From Lama glama (Eukaryota): a DNA stretch of 64,000 nt. The translations under genes and the position numbers were made by a program. A model generated the notes under the pieces. It was not told the origin of the DNA. It saw only the letters and a program-made list of their open reading frames with translations, and ran no database searches. The DNA lies in the NCBI GenBank assembly GCA_028534125.1, contig CM052817.1:16122001-16186000 (forward strand), written 5' to 3'. Below are positions 36,961 through 50,679 of this stretch, in pieces. Each line of letters starts with the position of its first letter. Positions within the stretch are counted from its first letter, which is position 1.

Positions 36961-37399
36961 GATTGTCATGTGTGCAAGATGGTTAAACCAAATCCTTCCT
37001 TCTGTAGTCTGTAATAGAAACAAGCAGCGTCAAAGATCCCAAGAGAAATTCTTGAAAATTCCAAGGTTAGACTGCAATAGCTTTTTTTAAAGATTCTCAG
37101 GAAATGGCAGAAGTCTAATTAGATGTATTCTTGGAAACAAAACTGATTTTTTCAATAATTCTGTTCATTGAATCTCCATCCCAACCAAAGGCCAGAACTT
37201 TGAAGAACAAATTCCACTCTCCGTCACCTAATAAGATAATCTTATACCACTTCCTCAATAGCAACACATTTTCCTAGCAGCTTAGACACATCACTCAATT
37301 TGCTACTAATGTAACTTATACTACCTTCCAAATAATCAGAACAATGCAAATATAAGCTGGTTATACATATAAAATTAGCAAGAAACAAAACCAAACAAA

Positions 37400-37680
37400 A
37401 ACTGATAAAACTTAATGCTGGCAGAGTTGCACAGATACTCAAGCACATATTTTGGGTAACAGGCTAAAATGTATTAACCCTTTTGAAAAACATCACAACA
37501 ATATGTTTCAAAAGCTTTAAAATGTCTGTGTATGTCCCAATGAGTTTATACCAAGGAAACAACTCAAAAGATAAAAGCTACAGGCACAAAGACTTTCACA
37601 GCAGGGTTACTTGTAGTAAATTATGTAAATATGAATATAAAGTAAATGTAAATGTAAATGTAAAAGAAATATACATACTG
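37400..37680 (+). mobile_element. Old L1ME fragment
   Basis: aatgctggcagagttgc...ttttgaaaaaca...aaaagctttaaaatgt...tttataccaaggaaa. Confidence 0.5.
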
Positions 37681-37688
37681 CGAACTAT

Positions 37689-37870
37689 TTTATTTTTCTC
37701 AATTTTAAGATCCTTTTTGGTAAATTTTCAACATTTCTGAAATTAGACTGCATCTTACATCTATTACATACATTCAAAGTGGTAATATTTCTTTTCTTCT
37801 TTGAGAAGCTGTTATGAAAGCAATGGTGCATCTTAAAATCAGTAGCATCTTATGATCAAGAAAATGCAGT
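37689..37870. mobile_element. MER104/Kanga-like TcMar-Tc2 MITE
   Basis: ttttaagat...ttcaacatttctgaaattagactgcatcttaca...tggtgcatcttaaaatc...gcatcttatgatcaagaaaatgcag. Confidence 0.6.
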
Positions 37871-38724
37871 AGTCTGCAGTCATTAAAAATAGTAACTACA
37901 GAGGTGGTGTAAAAACATGACAATATCAAATACAACCCCATTAAATTTTGTCTGATTGGGAGCTGGAGTAGAATACAAGGAGACAAATGCAGGTGGATAT
38001 ACCAGAATACTACTGTATTTTTCTTTCTTTCACTTAGAGTTGCATTAATGTTACAGTGATATTATGCATGTGTTAACATTTCTTCTTTATTTTTTAAGAA
38101 AGAAATATGCCTTCAATGACATTCACTTTCCATGAAATTCTGAGCAGAAAAATCATAAATAAGGCAGGAGTAACAGCCACCTAAATGCCCTGTTCACTGT
38201 AGAAACAGAAACTTAAAGGGTTTTGCATCCTTATCTCCTCCTTCTATTCTAGCAGGAGTTGTGCAGGGACAGGTTGAGGAGGAGAACACTGGTGTGATCC
38301 CTGAGGATTTCCACCCGTGCAAGCTGCAGTGGGTTGGCAGGAAGCCTGAAATCAAACCCCTGAGGTAGATTATGGAACCTGTTCAGACTGCACACCCACC
38401 ACCACATCGGACCAGAGAGAGTTGGGTTCCATAGAAAGAGGCAGAAAATGAAGATCAGGCAGTAGGGAACAGAACTCATGCTGGAAAATGAAAAAAATGT
38501 TGGTCGGTTGATGTGGAGGCAGGAAAAAGAGAGCCCTGGAAGGAGAAGTAAGTTGGCAAGAAAAAAAAAGAGGGTACTAGAACATTCTTCAGGACATGTC
38601 ATGTAAGTCCTCACCAAGCCTTTATTAAAGGGATTTAGTAAGTGAGTGAATGGCTTATATATGCCTCAATGCTAACACCCTGCCTGGCCCATAGTAGTTG
38701 ATCAATAATTCATTAAATCACTTA

Positions 38725-39680
38725 TTCACTCATTCATTTAACAAATATTTATGAAGCATCTGTTAGGCAGCAATTATCTAGGCAAGGGAGACCAAGCATT
38801 GAACAAAACAGACCAACATCCATGCCCTCAAGACACTGACTTTCTGGTGGGGATGGGGCAAGGTGGAAGGGTGGGTCAACAAGACTGCCTGTAATAAACA
38901 AATTTGTAAAGAACACAAAAGATTAGGTCATGATGCGGACTATAGAGGAAAGGCAAGAGTCCAGGTGGATGATAGTGGAGTGTTCAGGGAAGACTTCACT
39001 GAGATAATAACATTGGAGAAAAGCCTTGAAGGAGCTATAAGTGTGAGCCATGTGGATATCTAAGGAAGGGAGAAGAAATGGCACAAGCAAAGGCCCTGAG
39101 GTGAGGTGTATAAAGCATGTTCAATGATTATCAAAGGTGGTCAGTGTGGATGGAGCAGTGATGAGCTCAGAGAGGGAAGTGAAGAGGTTTTGGGGCCTCA
39201 GAGACCATCTGACAACCAAAGCTTTTACCCTGAGTGAAGGACGGAGTCCATGAAGAGTCTGGAGCAGAAGGAGGACATGATCTGGCCAAGTTTAACAGGA
39301 TTGCTGTGTTGAGAATAGTCCACAGGAGAAAAGAAAGAAGGACGGAGGTGAGTTTGAAGCCTATTTTAATAACCCAGCTAAGAGACTTGGACCAAGATAA
39401 TGACTGAAATACACTAAAAAGTGATTGGATTCTGGGAATATTTTAAAGACGGGTCCCACAAGGTTGGCAAATGGATTGAATATGGTGTGTGACAGAAAGA
39501 GAGAGGTCAAGGGTGACCCCAGGCTTTTGGGTCAGAACAAATGGGAACTGGGGCTTCCATGCACTGAGAAGGAAAAAGCAAGGAGAGGAGTAGGTTTGGA
39601 TGGAGAAGGTCAAGAGTCCACTCCGGGCACATCTTAAGTTCACAAAATGATGAGATATGAGTGGTCCAGTCAATGGGTGT
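38725..39680 (-). mobile_element. Long L2 (L2a-like) 3' segment
   Basis: cattcatttaacaaatatttat...gaacaaaacagac...catgccctca...gcaaaggccctgaggt...ggattctgggaatattttaaag...gtcaagggtgaccccaggctttt. Confidence 0.85.
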
Positions 39681-40489
39681 TTAGGGTGAACCAACAGCTG
39701 AACAGCTGGTCAAAGAACAGAAAAATGAAAACTGAGAAAAGGACAAAAAGAAAACAGAGAGAAAGGTAAAAATAATAATGCTAATAATAAAATGAAAGAG
39801 AGGAAGGTGAAGAGATGGAAACAGCCTCTAAAACAGGGCAGAGAAAGAGGGAGGGAGGGGAGCGCTGGTTCTGAGCTGCTGCTGACCGGGATCTCTCACC
39901 CGTCGCCTCCTGTCTGTGGGGGTCCAAGTTTGCCCCCCAGCCCCACTCTCATCACGCCTGCGGAACGGAGAGCCTGTGTCCTCTCTGCCATTGTCTGACA
40001 CTGTAAATACCAGTGACAAGATGATTTTCTGCACGTTTGTCTAAAATGTGCTCATTCCGTCCTGGCTGTGGGATGGTCGGAAATTGGAAATTCGGCAGCA
40101 GGGCCGCCGAGGCACTCAGCCTCTTCTGCGTCACACGCTGTCAACCCAGCCTGGGTCTCCTTAATCCTCGTTTGCTGTGGAATAGGAATTGTTCCAGGTC
40201 CTTCCTCTGCACTCCAGACTTAGGCAGGCTGCGGAAGGCGGTTCACCGTGAATAAGGAGGATTAGGATGACGTGGACAGAGGGAGGGTGGACCAGGCAGG
40301 GAGCGCCCCGGACAGCAGCGTTCCCCGCCCTTGCCCTCAGAGGTAGGGAGAAAGGCTGATGTAAAGCAAAGAATTAGCTCCACTGGACTCATTCTGGGAA
40401 AACTGTCTCCCAGCCTTTCCCTCTGAGTTGATTTCCTTGCCTCTGCATTTGGAGAGAGCTGAAGTCACCCCTGGAAGTCCCGGGGCCCT

Positions 40490-41050
40490 GGCCTGAGCTA
40501 TCACTTACGTGCTGTGTCATCTTGGGCAAGTCACACAACCTCCCAGTGCTCAGCAGCTCATTTGGAAAAATAAAGATAATTAGCAGTTGCCTGCCAGAAG
40601 GCAGGATGCCGGGCCAGATGATCTGGCTCAGGCCCTTCCAGCTCTAAGGTCTATGACTGTGTGATGTTTATCGACAGTGAAATGCACAAGGGCAGGAGTT
40701 TAGAGATGTGTGCAGGGAACAGATGTGCTCTGTCACCCTCCCATACCTTCTCAGAGTGGAACTTCTTATGGCATCTTTCGCAAAAAGAGAAAATCCCTAT
40801 CTTGGCTCTTTATTCAGCACAGGGAGTGGAATATGGAACAATGGGAAAACCATATTTTTGTATCCAATCAGTACTGGATTTAAATTTTTGGTTCACACAC
40901 TTCTAGAATTATAACCTTGGGAAAATTATTTAACTTTACCACATCTCTTTGGACTCATCTGTAAAATGGATATAAGATAAGGCAAAGATTTCTGGGTGGC
41001 TGGGAAGATTAAATAAGGTGATAAATGTAGAACTCTATCAGCCATGGTCC
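40490..41050 (+). mobile_element. MIR3-type (~40490-40660) and MIR (~40820-41050) fragments
   Basis: tcttgggcaagtcac...ggcccttccagctctaa; ccttgggaaaattatttaac...ctcatctgtaaaatgg. Confidence 0.65.
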
Positions 41051-41894
41051 AGTCATCAGAACAGAGATCACTAGGCACTTAAAGGCTTTTAATGTTACTC
41101 CAGTGATGGAAGAGAACTCAGCATCACCTCCCTTTCAACCTCAGCTCAGGCTCCAGACCTCTAAACCCCAGCCTGGTTCTAACACTCCAGGATCCTCTGT
41201 ACCTGGGAGAGAAAATTGGACATGAACAAAACATCTGAGGGCCGATTCCAGAGAGAATAGTGAGCATCTAAACCATGGAAGCACAAATGGTGAGGGAGGC
41301 AAAAAATAGTTTATAGATTGCCTAATGAGAGATAAACACCTTTTCTTTTCTCCCAGTTTCCATGCAGGAAAGATCTCCCTAGGAAACAGCTGCCTTCCTC
41401 CATCCCACTACAATGGGACAGTGGAATAAGCCACTGACTTGAATTTGGGAAGAGGAGGTGAGTACGTTGAGCTCAGCTCCTCGCTTCTTATCCTGGCCAT
41501 GAGCTACCCTTGGGAAGCTGGCATTCCTGGGTATTCCAGCAGGTACTAGACGGGTGGGGACCAGATGGATACATCCACCTCATCCCGGGTTATAGTGACG
41601 GGCCATTTACCTCTCTTGGCCAAGCCTAGTACCAGCTCCAGTGGAAATAAAGATGGTCTCCATTGTGACTGCTTTACGTTTCAGTTTATTTAAAACCCCG
41701 AGAAGGAATAAAGATATGACTGCTCAAAAGTCCCCAACAAGGAAGACCAACCCCGGTGTTTGATTTCATGCTTAAGCTGCACATGACACTATTATCACTA
41801 ACCAATTAGGATCATAATTATTCATGTCATCAAAAGTAGAAATTTATCGGCAAAGTTCGTTTGTTTGCTAGCAGATTCCTCTTTCAACTCCCGT

Positions 41895-42030
41895 TGTCGT
41901 GAGGGTCACCTGGGGAATTGGCTTAAAATGCAGATGCCCAGGCTCCAGCCTCTGGGATTCTGAGTCAGTAACTGTGTCTTTTATAAGCACCCCAAGGTAT
42001 TCATTCCCACACCTGGAGAAGCAAGGTCTA
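41895..42030. mobile_element. MER5-family (hAT-Charlie) fragment
   Basis: tcacctgggga...ttaaaatgcagatgcccagg...gattctgagtcagta. Confidence 0.7.
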
Positions 42031-42034
42031 TCAC

Positions 42035-42212
42035 TAGTGGTTCTCAACCCTGGCTGCACGTTGAAATAACCTGAAAAGCTTTTAAAAATAATGACAACCT
42101 TAATCCCATGCCCAGAAAATCAGACTTAATTGGTTAGGGATGGCACCTGGCTCTGTGGACTTTTGAAAGTTCTCTAGGTGATTCTAATGTGCAGCCTGGG
42201 TAAGACCCACTG
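42035..42212. mobile_element. MER5A-like MITE, near full length
   Basis: tagtggttctcaaccctggctgcacgttgaaataacctg...ctaggtgattctaatgtgcagcc...acccactg. Confidence 0.85.
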
Positions 42213-43055
42213 GTATAGCCCCTCAGGAGAAATCTTCCTTTAAACATTTGATGTGGATGATGGGAAGAAAGGCTTTCTGTTCACTGGATGCCTCCTGGGC
42301 TTTGGAGCTCCTCTTCCTTCGCAGGGCACAACGTGGGCGCTGAAGGTATTTTGGGAAATGCAGACCAGAATCCCAGAGTCCCAGCACCAGCATCAAAGTG
42401 TATTCCCACTCTTTGGTACCCAGGCTGGGCTCCTCATCCCAGCTTGCTCCATTGTGGTTCTAACTCGCTTTCAAATGAAGCGCAATTTACATCTCTTTAA
42501 CTATGTATTGGTGTTATTACCATTGCAATCCTATTGATTGCAGTGCTGCTCTGAGCAACACATTCCAATTTTATCATCCTTAGTCATTCTTGCCTGAGTA
42601 CATGTGTATAAACAAGTGCTGGTATTTAAACTAGCACACATTTGGGAGGTGAAAAGGATCATCTTCAAATCTCCAACCTGCCTGTGAAATGAACCCAAAA
42701 CAATAAAAGTCCCCACTTCAGGGACTTCTCTCTTGGGCCTCTAATTTTTCCTTCTGGGGAGAAGCATGGGTGGGACAAGGATTTGAGACCAAGTCTAAGG
42801 GGAGTCAGCTCCCATTTTATAGGCTGCTTCATTTTAAAGACAAAGGATGCAAGGACAAAAGATATAAATTCATTTACCTAAGGTTGTCAGCTGGTTACTA
42901 GTGGAGCAGTGGAGCAGTGGACAGAACACACTCTTTCTTAATCTTTATCTGGTACCCTGGGACCCACTTCATACAGCACCTCTCTTTGTCCCAGGATTTG
43001 ATCTCTAATTTGAACTATGAGGAACCCAAGAGAACACAGAACAGGAGAATGGGTT

Positions 43056-43548
43056 TGTGAAAAATACTGCAAACCTTATCAGTAAACAAAGAATGCTGAA
43101 GCCATCAGTCATCAGCCGCTGCTGCCACCCCCCAGTGAAGACAAGCCTGCAGCCCGGCCTCTGCAGTCACTCACAATGGTGCACCCTGAGGGGACTCAGA
43201 ATAAGAAAGGACAGGATACTGGCCCTAGATAGCTAGGGGCTTGTCAAAGGAATGAATTCAATGAGCCCAAATGTTTGCTTCCACTCATGCATAGAAAAGC
43301 ACTAAAGTCTTTAACTTGAGATGCCTGGTTTTCTTTAGACAACAAGTAATCTTTTATTGTTCCAACTACCTGGTCTTTGTTGTAAAATTCCTATAATCCT
43401 AGCTCTATCCCCTACCTCTTCGGAGCAGTCCCTCAGAGCCATCTGAGAGGCTGTCATCCCGGGCTCAAAGGGGTCTGAGTCCTCAGAAACGTCCACCAAA
43501 TAAAACATAACTCTCAACTTTGAGGCTGTGCATTGATTTCAGTCGGCA
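43056..43548 (+). mobile_element. Solo ERV1 (class I) LTR, MER41-like
   Basis: TG...CA termini; 4-bp TSD ggtt (43052-43055 and 43549-43552); tataat at 43392; aataaa at 43499; 3' end aataaaacataactctcaactt...gtgcattgatttcagtcggca. Confidence 0.85.
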
Positions 43549-46513
43549 GGTTCCAGAGTAGAACGACTCTGGGTAGTGTGAGGAGAGAGAGGGGACTCAA
43601 GGTAGAAGTTAGGAAAGATCTAAAAGTAGAAGAAAGCAAAGAGGACCACTTACATCTCACTGTCTTGACATAAATGTGGTTAAGCTGACAAAGAAAATTG
43701 CCAAACTGCACTTGTTAAGCAAAATTAGCTCAGGACGGATTTCAAAATATGGTATAGAAATGTGGGGAAGGAGCGACGAGAAAGGACTATACCTCTTGGG
43801 GAGAGAGGCACAGGAGGCTAAGGAACCAGGCAGATGATCAAATTTATAGAAAAGAAGAAAAGGTTTTATTGTTTGGCCAGAAATGATGTCACTGCAACTT
43901 TATAATTAGAAGGTTCTCATCAGATATGGAAAAGGAACACAGAACAAACAGCAAATGATCCAAAGTAAGACATAGGCGAGCAGTTGTAGGGGAAAAAAGG
44001 CTCCACGGTGCATCCAAGAGAAAGTCCAAAGTCCACAGCCCAAATCCCGAGTCCCCATCTGACTCAGCATGTGCCTGTGTCCTTAGTCTCTGGTTCTGAC
44101 ACTCCACAACCAAAACCCCCTCTGCAGCTATGGGCTGTGCTAATGAAATGAGGCAGGTGCCAGGTGGTCTGGATCCAAGCCTCGGGCTGAAAAGCCAGTT
44201 CTGCCATTCACTCATTTTGTGACACCAGGGTGGCAACTTTATTTTCCTACACGTCATATCTCTTGGAATCTTGACCTATAAATTCCACTGAAAATTCCGG
44301 GCCATCCAGAACCCTGATAATCAACATTTCAAAGAGATGTAAGGCCTTCTCCAGTCCAGTCGGGTCTCTTTCTTAAGGGTTCTCAGAACAGAGGATTTGC
44401 CACACCTCCCAGAGTGGCACATCACAAAGGGTTCAATTCCAGAAATCTTAGGAGATGGAGCTCACGTTGGAGGACTTTAGCCAGGCTCAAAGGCCTTGGG
44501 GGAGGGAACTGTAATCCTCCCCCAGTTAGCTGCCAAGCAGCAACTTGTAGGGGAGGTCAAATGCCTATTTCCAGAAACTTCCCCCCAGGAAGAAATCATA
44601 TTTCTGGGAACACAAAGAATGAGGGTGCCACTGAACATTATTTGGGTATTTGGGACATGCGCTTTTTGTTTTTTTATTTTTTGCCAATTCAAAATCCAGT
44701 CCTTTTCTTGTCAAATATAATACTGCCAGAGTGAAACTGACAAGACATACAATAAAGTTGAGGAAGAGAAACACAAAGACCTAGATAGTAACCTATTTAT
44801 TTTCTAGAGGGAAAAAAAAAAGTAACAACTATTCTGGCAAGGAAAATAGCCCTGCATTTGGTCATTTTTTTCCCCCTGTTTTCCCCTCAATTTAAGAGAA
44901 AAACTTTTCAAATTCACACAAAATGGTATACCCTGTCTGCTTTTCTGTGGCCATCTTCAAATACATAACCTTTCAGGTCACCACAAAACACTTTTTTGAA
45001 ATATGTCTCAATCTGTCTTTCAGTGTGACAATGAAATTATCAGACAGTTCAGCATGTGACATGACTGAATTAGGCTATAGCTGACCAACTGCTACCATTA
45101 TCATAGTCCGTTCTTTACTTCCTGGAGAGGAGGAGGGGAATCACAAAAAAAAAAAATCCTGGAACAGAATCACAGCCGACGATTTGTACAAGTGAAGTGA
45201 CCTAGTAGAATTATACTGTTCCTGTCTCCGAGAGATCTCGGGTCAGAAGAACTACTGATGCAGAACCAGGTTTGCTTAAATTCTTCTGTCACTACTTTGC
45301 CAGCCTCCAATTTGTGACTCCATTAGTTATACACACCTGTCCGACTCCCTTTGGACTGGCAGGGAACATCTTGGGATGTCTGTGGATTAAAGCTATCTGG
45401 AAGTATTTGACCTTTTTAAGAAACACTGATCAAATGTGCCTTGAATATTTCACTATATCACAGGAACAATCATAAATGGCATATAAAAATTCAGCAGCTG
45501 CTGGGATCAATAAACTATTCACTCAGGAAAAAAACTGTATGTGTATACATCACACATACATACATAATACAGAAATACACTTGCTTTAAAAATTCACAAA
45601 GACTTGCTGCTGCTCCAAGTAGAATTGGTTTCATTCTCACGTGAGGACAGGGAAGGTGGCTTTCAGCTGGGCTTGACTGGGGAACCCCCACAGGAACAAA
45701 TGAAATTCCTACCACACACATCATCTTTTTGACTTAGGATCTTGTCTCCAGAAGGATTCTGTCAAAATACAAATATTTTATCTAGAAGGGATAATAGACT
45801 GAGTGATTAGTCGGATCTGATTTTACACGGATGTGTTTATGAACATAGTTGGCAGAAAGCAGATCTTCAAGGACAGTGGTCAAAGACAGGTAAGTGTGAT
45901 GCAGAGATGGGGCGGCAGGGGTCCAGGGCAGGAGGGCAGGCAGAAGTTCAGTGAGAATGGCCAGGGGTGGCTAGCATGCCCACAAACTGTGCCTCAAGGC
46001 TGCACAGATGTGCCCTGGGGCTGAAGAATCTCACATTGCCAGCTTTTTCATAGTGCCTTGAGGCCAGCCTGGAAACAACATGTCTCCACTCCAGTGTATC
46101 TTTGGGTGTATCTTTGGAATTTTGTAGCAACAGCCCAAAGAGTCTCACTCAGAGGCACAAATAAGATGAAACTGGAGAATTCCTCTCCAATACAAAACAA
46201 ACAGAAATATTCTGACAAGTCATCTAATAACCAAGCAGATATGATGTGAAATGTTGGCCTATTCCTGTATCATAAGTCTTTCACATACACACTGTACTAA
46301 AGAGTACCTCCTCTCTCTCTCTCCATCCCCCATTCCGCCCCCCCATCCTTCTTTCTCTCTACTGGATTCAGAGGAACCACACACATTGTCCCAATAGTCC
46401 CAGTGAAACTGCAACCAAACACCCAAAGAAGTGACTGGAGGAAATGCATAGATCATGTGCCAAACTCAAGAGGCTCTGATAGGTGGAGACTCCCTCGGTG
46501 ACCTGCAGTGAGG

Positions 46514-46526
46514 ACACACACTCACA

Positions 46527-46563
<37 letters not shown>
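46514..46563. repeat. (CA)n microsatellite
   Basis: acacacactcacactcacacacaca... run. Confidence 0.95.
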
Positions 46564-46565
<2 letters not shown>

Positions 46566-49500
46566 TTTGGCAAATACTCCCATTTGAAGACCTTCCAAAT
46601 ATTTCTCTCCTCTCTCCCGAATGAAACCACCTCATTGTCAGTGAGATTTTCCATAAATTTGCTTCAATGGTCACACAGGTTAAAAAAAAAAAATTAATAG
46701 CCTAAGAAGCTGGGGCAAAAGACCAAAAAGTTAAAGCGCTTACAAGGCAAATAATTTGAAGAGGCAGGATAAAATCAAAAACAGAATTTCAATGGCCCCA
46801 GCCTCAGAATTTATAAAAGACCAAGTCCTGACCTATGACAGAAATGAGAACTTTATTGGGCACGTAATTCAGAAAGGCAGGATGGGCTGATACACAGAAC
46901 ACAATGAATGTCAGGTTAAGGATTTAAATCTCAGCCTGACAGGGTCGGGAAAACCGATACAATAATGCCAACGAGAGGAAGAGGGGAAGGAGAGACGTGC
47001 TGTGCAAACCTAGTGCGGTTTAGAACTCGGGCTGCATAACTAGCCCACGTGGTAATTAAGACTCTAGAGGGCTTATCGAAATGAAAGCACAGGGGGCAGA
47101 TGTGGATTTTGCTGCATGGAGCCAGGATACTTAACACAGTAAGAGTTTTCCCCGATTTTGGCTGGATCCTTTGGTAGCTGACAGCCAGTCAGGCTTATAA
47201 ACATCTTTGCGCTACCTGTTTTATAACAGTCGAGACTGACAGAAGGGAAACATTTTCAAATTCCTTACGTGATGGTTTCATCTTCAGGTTTTCTATCTCG
47301 CTTCAGGAAACTACTTTTTGGGGTTATGATTTCACCATCCGATTGTAGGAAACTGAGTTCATTACAGGCATGAGGTCAAGGCTGAGTTGATCTCCAAGCC
47401 AATGATAAACTGGCATTACAGGCTTGTTTTATTTATAGAGACCCATGATATCAAATTAGGTGGAAAGGAGTAGAGGGAAGAATTCGGCTTTATTTAGAAT
47501 AAGTGTCTCTGGAAGGCATCCACGACCAGTTTTCTAAAGATATAAGACAATGCCACGGGTTTTTGTCTTTGCCTTTAGAAAAATCAGAGGAAGAAAGTAA
47601 AACGCTTACACACTCCTGTGGTTATGAGCTCATTCAAAGGGCCCATCTTCATATGAAAGTAAAGTAACCTGAGGAAAATAATGCATTCTGTTCATTTCCA
47701 CTGCTTTTTCATATAATCCAATAAATAGACCCTGGGGGTCACTGACGCAGTTTGCCATACTAATTGGAGAAAATGAAACAAAGAAAGATTAGGGTTTTTT
47801 TCTTTTTTCTTTTTCTGCTTTTTAAGGACAGGCCTTTATTATAACTAGTTGCAACATGAAAATAAAACATCACATGCTAGAGGAATCAGGAAAAAATGTA
47901 AGCCTACACAGTACAAATTCTTGGTTCCCAGGGTTTCTGCAATGCTCACTTACGGGAGATTTTTTTAAGGCAATCCAAGAGCCCATCAATAACCTCATTA
48001 TGATCCATCAAGAAAAACTCCCCTGGCCACTTGACATCCACCAAGGTACCCAGAATAAAAAGAAAGGATGTCAGAGAAGCAACCACTTTTGGGTTCAGAA
48101 TTCTTAATCCAAAGGAGGCGGTGACTTTAAGAAACTCTTCGGTGAAACTGACATTTATAAGAATCAAGAAAGGAAACCTTCAGGAAAAATGTGGTGAGCA
48201 GAAGCTCTTGGGCCCTTAATATAGTTTATCTTTCACATAAAGGTATCTTGAAAACCTTTACACAAGTCCTTTATGGGGGAATAATTTCTGAGCCAGGGCA
48301 GACAATGGTCTTTCAAATCCATTCTCAGTTTAGAAAGCATTTGTAAGGAGGATTTTTTTTCCCCAGCCACCGCATGAGAGGTGTGTGATGCCCTTGGAAA
48401 TCTCTGTAATTAACAATAAGCCTCTTTCACAATTGAAAGTGGACCCTCATACCCTAAAGTAGCACCGATGCTTCTATCTCTGACCTACACCCTTCATTTT
48501 ATGCAATGTCTTTGTAAATACCAAGGGCAAGAACAACCTGGAGAGAAATTTTCAAATTTTGGACCAGAGCCACCAAATCAATAATGGCGGAACAAAATGA
48601 ATTATCAACCTCCACTGCTTCAATCACAGGGAGAGGCAAGGAGTTCGCCAAAAGAGAAACTGCGGTCAATGTTAAGAAACAGAATGAATTGACTTTGAGG
48701 TAAGCTTATATCTAATTAAATGAGACTGGGGGCAAAGTCAAGGTAGACTCATCCGCAGCTGATAAGGAAGTGATCAGAGGCAGGTGACTCAGCTCAATCG
48801 AACTGCGTTTTCCAAACCAGAAGGGAGAGCAGAAAGGGTTATGGGAGGAGGTGGGGGACACAGGGAGGAAACAGCGAAGTTTTTCAGAGGGAGTTTTCCC
48901 TCATCCTGGTACTGTATGTAGTAAGTACCTCAAACTCTCACCGCTAGCAGTGAAGTTACCATCAACATTTAAAGGTTCAGTCTTAGCAGAAAGGAACAAA
49001 GGCCTGGCTGTGTCGGGGCCTATGGCTGAATACAGCAGGAGAAGAGAACCATGAGGTATACCTACCGCTGGTTTCTCGTAGTTAACCTTGGCTTCCGGGG
49101 GGTGAAGCCTCTGTCATGCATGTGGAAGCTTATCATGAGGCTGTGGTTCCCAGACTCCTGGATCATACCGTCAGCAGCCCCCCACGGGGTGCTATGTGAG
49201 TCTGGGGGAGGTAAACAAGATACATCTAAAGGAGGAAGGCATCCTGATGGGTCTCACCAGGTATTCCCTGTGGATTTGGCACTAGTAGAGTCATAAAATG
49301 GGGTACAACTGCCCACCGATGATAACACCCTTTTTTTTTTAAGAGGAAGGGGGGTTTCCAAGAACCACATGCAGTACCCTGAGTTGTACATGGAAATGCA
49401 GTAGGCAAAGCCCAGTTAACATCTGCTCTTAGCCTAGAGGCCTCGTCAGGACTGAAAGCCTAAGCAAAGAAATGAAATCCCACTCTCTTATCCGACTTAC

Positions 49501-50679
49501 CAGGTCCACACTGACCTCTAGTTACAGTGGTAACTTGCACTAGGGAAATTTACACGGAACTTTCAGGGCAGGCACTCAGATCAAAGAAGAAACATCTTTC
49601 TGCCACTGTGCCCCAAGCCTTACCAACAGATAGTAACATTTCAGCTCCCTTTGCAAATACACAGTGTTCTTTAAATGTATATAAGTGATACCCAGGGCTT
49701 TTGAAATATTCTTAAATAGCTCAGGATGACTCACCATTTTCTGGTCCTGTACAGCTAATTATATGTTCAAAAATTCCTTTAAAAGTCACAAAATCTCAGT
49801 ACTTTCAATGCTTTTAAATGGCAAAAGGGTTTGCCACGACGGAGCGGGCCTGACAAGGCCAGTGAGAAATTAACGTGAACACTGAGACAGATTTTGGCCC
49901 TTCTATAGACCTAAATTCACAAGAGCTGTGCACACCTTTATCAGGAAATTATAGATCTTATTATTGGGGAACTGGGTGGCAGGTGCCAAAAACATTTAAA
50001 TTCGCTCCATTTCCAATTCATGAGGCCCATTGTAGCTTGCTATTCCGGTTTTATTAGATTTGTGCATTTAGCCGGGAGCCTATTATTATAATAAAATACA
50101 AAATACAATTATTGTTTTCTTGCAGTGAGAACCTCAGAATTATCTAACACTTTATTGTTTCCCCATCAAAAGAAATCCCAAGTTTAGAATTTTTTTTAGA
50201 CTTAAAGAAATGTTGCTTCCTCTTTCTACTTTCGATAATGGTTCTTGCTTTATGCTGCTTAACAGGAAAAGAAAAAGGAATTGAGCTGGAGGCCATAAGT
50301 CACATCGGTTTTCCTTTAATTACAGTATTATACTTATATTTCTCATATTTTCTACCGTTATCTCTGTCGAGCCAAATCTCCATTCCTCATCCAGTGCTCA
50401 TTAATGGAGATGGTTTTTGGGGAAAGCTGATATATAGATGTGCTCACCTACTATTACACACCAAATGGAGTTCAATACCCATAATGGTCAATTTAGCTAC
50501 TTGTCATATGATACCCACTCCTTCATCCATCCCTAACTGATGCTCTTAAAATTCCTCTTTTCTCCTCTCTCTTTCCACTTCATGTTACTATTTTCTCTAT
50601 TTGTCAGAGAATGAAAATGTTTTAAAAATACGGAGGGGGAGTCACATCAGATATGAAACACCACAAAATTATGCTCAGA

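Noticed and set aside
39732..39770. Strong minus-strand acceptor-like tract
   Set aside because: GA-rich low-complexity sequence leading into an L2; no donor or frame.
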